Source: an uncultured Candidatus Bathyarchaeia archaeon | Lineage (GTDB): Archaea; Thermoproteota; Bathyarchaeia; RBG-16-48-13; JAGMEO01 | NCBI GenBank assembly: GCA_964551465.1 | Contig: CAZKBR010000002.1 | Location: forward strand, 1-48,358 | Length of the DNA: 48,358 bases | Direction: 5' to 3' | Shown: positions 46,047 through 48,358 of the stretch, piece by piece | Layout of the letters: every line of letters starts with the position of its first letter | How positions within the stretch are numbered: the stretch's first letter is position 1 | Made by a program: the position numbers and the translations under genes | Notes under the pieces: model-generated | Database searches by the model: none | Seen by the model: only the letters and a program-made list of their open reading frames with translations | What the model was told of the DNA's origin: nothing

Positions 46047-46841
46047 TTATCCCAAGTCTATTTCTATTGGTTCGCCGGGGGCGATGTCGGGCTTCAGGAA
46101 CCACGCGTATGCTCCATCGGAGTATTCGATTCGAGTGGTTCCCAGATCCTTGAGCGATCCTTGAAGCTTCTCCATCAATCTCTGAAAGAATGCCTCTCTG
46201 TCGTAGAGGACAACCCTGTGAGAGAGCATATCGAGGTACACGGGCTGAAATTTCTTGGCGTAGCTTTTCTGCAGAGACGCCGTGGTAACCTCAGGGTATC
46301 CGTAGGTTCCAAGCATTTTTAGCCAATAGTCGCAGGCTCTGTACTCCCATGTTGATTGGAAGACTTTGAAGACGCTTCCTTCGCGTTTCCATATGTTTCT
46401 CGAATCGTCTTTGAGAACGTAGAGCAGGTCTACGTCACTTCCACCCAGTTGGAAGGAGCCTTTGACCGCCGAACCGTAAAGAACGATGGAGATTAGTTCA
46501 TCACCAAATTCGTTATGAAACAGTTCTGTGAGACGCCTCAACGAGATTCTCATCCATCCATACCTAATCTTAACAAATTCTTCGTGGTTAACCCACTTCT
46601 GCTCAGATTTTCCTTCAAACTCTGCTATTTTGAGAGTCGTATCAAAGCCTTCGCTTGTAATTTTGTAGTGATCTCCAGCTTTCTGAATTAGGCCCTCAGC
46701 CACCAGATCCTTTAACCTCCTAGTTAGCGTCCTCGTGTTAACGACAAACTCATTTAGCTCTTTAAACCTAGCCTCCCCTGTACAGAGTCGAAGCAGAACG
46801 TCAAGGGCTCCATCCCTCGCCAACGCACCGAGCTTAATCAT
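46047..46841 (-). CDS. Minimal nucleotidyltransferase (MNT) fused to an N-terminal winged-helix domain
   Basis: wHTH: ARFKELNEFVVNTRTLTRRLKDLVAEGLI. NTase motif: LYGSAVKGSFQLGGSDVDLLYV (GS...D.D). Confidence 0.75.
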   Translation of the reverse strand: MIKLGALARDGALDVLLRLCTGEARFKELNEFVVNTRTLTRRLKDLVAEGLIQKAGDHYKITSEGFDTTLKIAEFEGKSEQKWVNHEEFVKIRYGWMRISLRRLTELFHNEFGDELISIVLYGSAVKGSFQLGGSDVDLLYVLKDDSRNIWKREGSVFKVFQSTWEYRACDYWLKMLGTYGYPEVTTASLQKSYAKKFQPVYLDMLSHRVVLYDREAFFQRLMEKLQGSLKDLGTTRIEYSDGAYAWFLKPDIAPGEPIEIDLG

Positions 46842-47131
46842 ACTGTACCCAAGTAAAGTAAACCCAAAGCATCTAATAAAGCTTAGGGAGCTTGAGATGC
46901 CACATAATCAAGAACAGCGAAGGCAGAGTCAAAAAACGCAAGTCTACATAAACTCAGCATGCAATCAGTCATAGGATAATAGTTAAAGATATCAGTTGAC
47001 GGCATACTCATTGCTTGTTGAGGGGAATTTCGGCACAGTTGTTGGGGCGTGTTTTTGTGAATTATGTTCCCGAAGCGTTGATTTTGAAGTTGGGTATAAC
47101 ACCCAGTATGAAGAGCTGAAACGAGTGTTGG

Positions 47132-48112
47132 CTATAGGGGAAGCTTCGTTCCGGCTCCTCTCTTCTTGGCTTTTTCGTAGATGAGTTTGGCAGTTGCCAT
47201 GTCTTCTATTGCTAGGCCTAAGTTCATTGACATGATGCGTTCATCGGGGTCTTCGCGTCCAGGTTTCTTGCCGCTGACGATTTCGCTTAGGTCTGCGTAT
47301 GCTTGGGGGATGTCGGAGAAATAGCCGAGTTGTCTGTAGTACTTCAGTTGTTCGCCGTCATCGGTACAGAACTTGTCCATGGAGTGCATGGCTTCTGGTT
47401 TCCAGTATGAGTCGAAGTCTAGGGGGCATGCAAAACCGCCGTCCTTGAACCATGAAGCTTCGATCACGGGGCGAGGATTCTTCAAGATCGGGCCGGCAGT
47501 GACTACTATGTCGCAGTTTTCAACAGCTTTTTCGGCCGAGTTCACAGGGACGACTTTCACTCCATGTTTGGCGGTCATCTCCTCGACATATCTGCGCAGA
47601 TTCTCAGCATCGATGTCGTATGCCTTTACCTCTTCTAGGTTCCTGCAGACAACAACCAAAGCCTCGAGGTTGCTTCTGCCTTGGACGCCGCAGCCGAGAA
47701 TGCCGAGCGTCTTTGAGTCTTCTCTGGCTAAATGCTTGGCGGCGACTGCGGTTGCTGCGCCTGTTCTCTTGGCCGTTATCCAAGTACAGTCCATAACGCT
47801 TATTGGGAAACCGGTTTCAGGGTCGTTCAAGATGAGGAGACCAGATATGTATGGTAGGTTTCGCTTTGGATTTTCTGGAAATCCGCTGACCCATTTGATT
47901 CCTGCAGACCTCATCTTTGGCAGATAGGCTGGCATAGCGTGAATAAAGGCATCCTCTTGAGGGTGGATCCCTGGTTTTGGCGGCACTTCAGCTCTTCCAT
48001 GTGCCTTCTCAATGAAGGCCGCTTCGACAGCTTTAATGACCTCTTCCATGGAAATGTCTAGTTTCTCTATTTCAGCTCGAGATAGATATAGAAGATCTCC
48101 CAAAGAATTCAT
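47132..48112 (-). CDS. Ornithine cyclodeaminase / mu-crystallin family NAD(P) enzyme
   Basis: GIKWVSGFPEN, ITAKRTGAATAVAAKHLA and the Rossmann motif ILGCGVQGRSNLEAL. Start set at MNSLGDLLYL (ATG 48112). Confidence 0.8.
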   Translation of the reverse strand: MNSLGDLLYLSRAEIEKLDISMEEVIKAVEAAFIEKAHGRAEVPPKPGIHPQEDAFIHAMPAYLPKMRSAGIKWVSGFPENPKRNLPYISGLLILNDPETGFPISVMDCTWITAKRTGAATAVAAKHLAREDSKTLGILGCGVQGRSNLEALVVVCRNLEEVKAYDIDAENLRRYVEEMTAKHGVKVVPVNSAEKAVENCDIVVTAGPILKNPRPVIEASWFKDGGFACPLDFDSYWKPEAMHSMDKFCTDDGEQLKYYRQLGYFSDIPQAYADLSEIVSGKKPGREDPDERIMSMNLGLAIEDMATAKLIYEKAKKRGAGTKLPL

Positions 48113-48358
48113 GATAGAAACCTCTTTGTAGACATCATATAAAAGTGTCGTGTTTGAAAATCTTGGCAAGAAGGCACTATAACTTATGCATGATTCTGCC
48201 CTTTTCTATGACCTCGACGATGAATCGGTTTGATTCAAATTTTACGAAAGTAAAGAGCCTATATATACCCCCCTCCCCAGGCTCAGAGAATAGGGGCTCA
48301 GAGAGCTTATCGCTATAGAACTTTCAATTCCCCTTACTTGGGATTTTTACTTGAATCT

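Noticed and set aside
44872-47045. Identical 11-mers ACAGTTGTTGG at 44872-44882 and 47035-47045 bracketing the AbrB-like/HEPN/MNT islet, considered as att-like direct repeats
   Set aside because: In a 48-kb window, hundreds of 11-mer coincidences are expected by chance. There is no integrase or tRNA target nearby, so this is not supportable as an integration scar.
1-48358. Search for tRNA, rRNA, SRP RNA, RNase P RNA, transposase/integrase genes and CRISPR repeats
   Set aside because: I found no T-loop (GGTTCGAATC-like) or acceptor-stem candidates in any spacer, no long non-coding stretch above ~330 nt, and no recombinase-like ORF. None is reported.

Overview
Archaeal chromosomal segment, densely coding, roughly mid-40s % GC by eye. 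I recognised no rRNA, tRNA, CRISPR array or transposase. All homology calls come from reading motifs in the supplied translations; no database search was possible.

Layout:
- 0-10 kb: metabolic and translation genes (TrpB2 / ACT protein / 2-hydroxyacid dehydrogenase, YjbQ, gatB, trmI, an EEP nuclease, a nucleoside phosphorylase).
- 10.5-20.7 kb: one long minus-strand information-processing supercluster. In transcription order: aIF5A, SRP54, Pus10, L21e, Rpo4, DUF655, KsgA-HemK fusion, TrmJ-like, METTL5-like, Csl4, Rpo11, RNase III-like, DUF99, TFS.
- 20.7-30.7 kb: NAD kinase, Nob1, NSUN/PUA methyltransferase, phosphoesterases, redox proteins, an AlkD-like plus radical-SAM/HhH pair, AIM24-like protein, HtrA.
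- 30.7-41.5 kb: envelope region with two MacB-type ABC systems, a CARDB-like surface protein, an 854-aa orphan glycoprotein and a divergent wHTH plus membrane gene pair.
- 41.7-48.3 kb: APC permease, deoxyhypusine synthase, a second SplB-like radical SAM, a small accessory islet (AbrB-like ORF, HEPN-MNT pair) and an OCD/mu-crystallin enzyme.

Most notable observations:
1. gatB is interrupted after codon 19 by a 32-nt insert flanked by a canonical-geometry bulge-helix-bulge motif. Excision restores both the reading frame and the invariant GLE-V-H-x-QL motif, so this is a candidate mRNA intron.
2. A ~67-bp TATA-containing cassette occurs three times, upstream of htrA and of both ABC operons. The htrA copy carries a decayed 5' stub of the ABC ATPase gene.
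3. Eight T(T/A)GGA pentamers sit at exact 10-bp phasing in front of the AbrB-like ORF.
4. An AlkD-like HEAT protein is apparently co-transcribed with a SplB-like radical SAM enzyme that carries a PolX-type helix-hairpin-helix tail.
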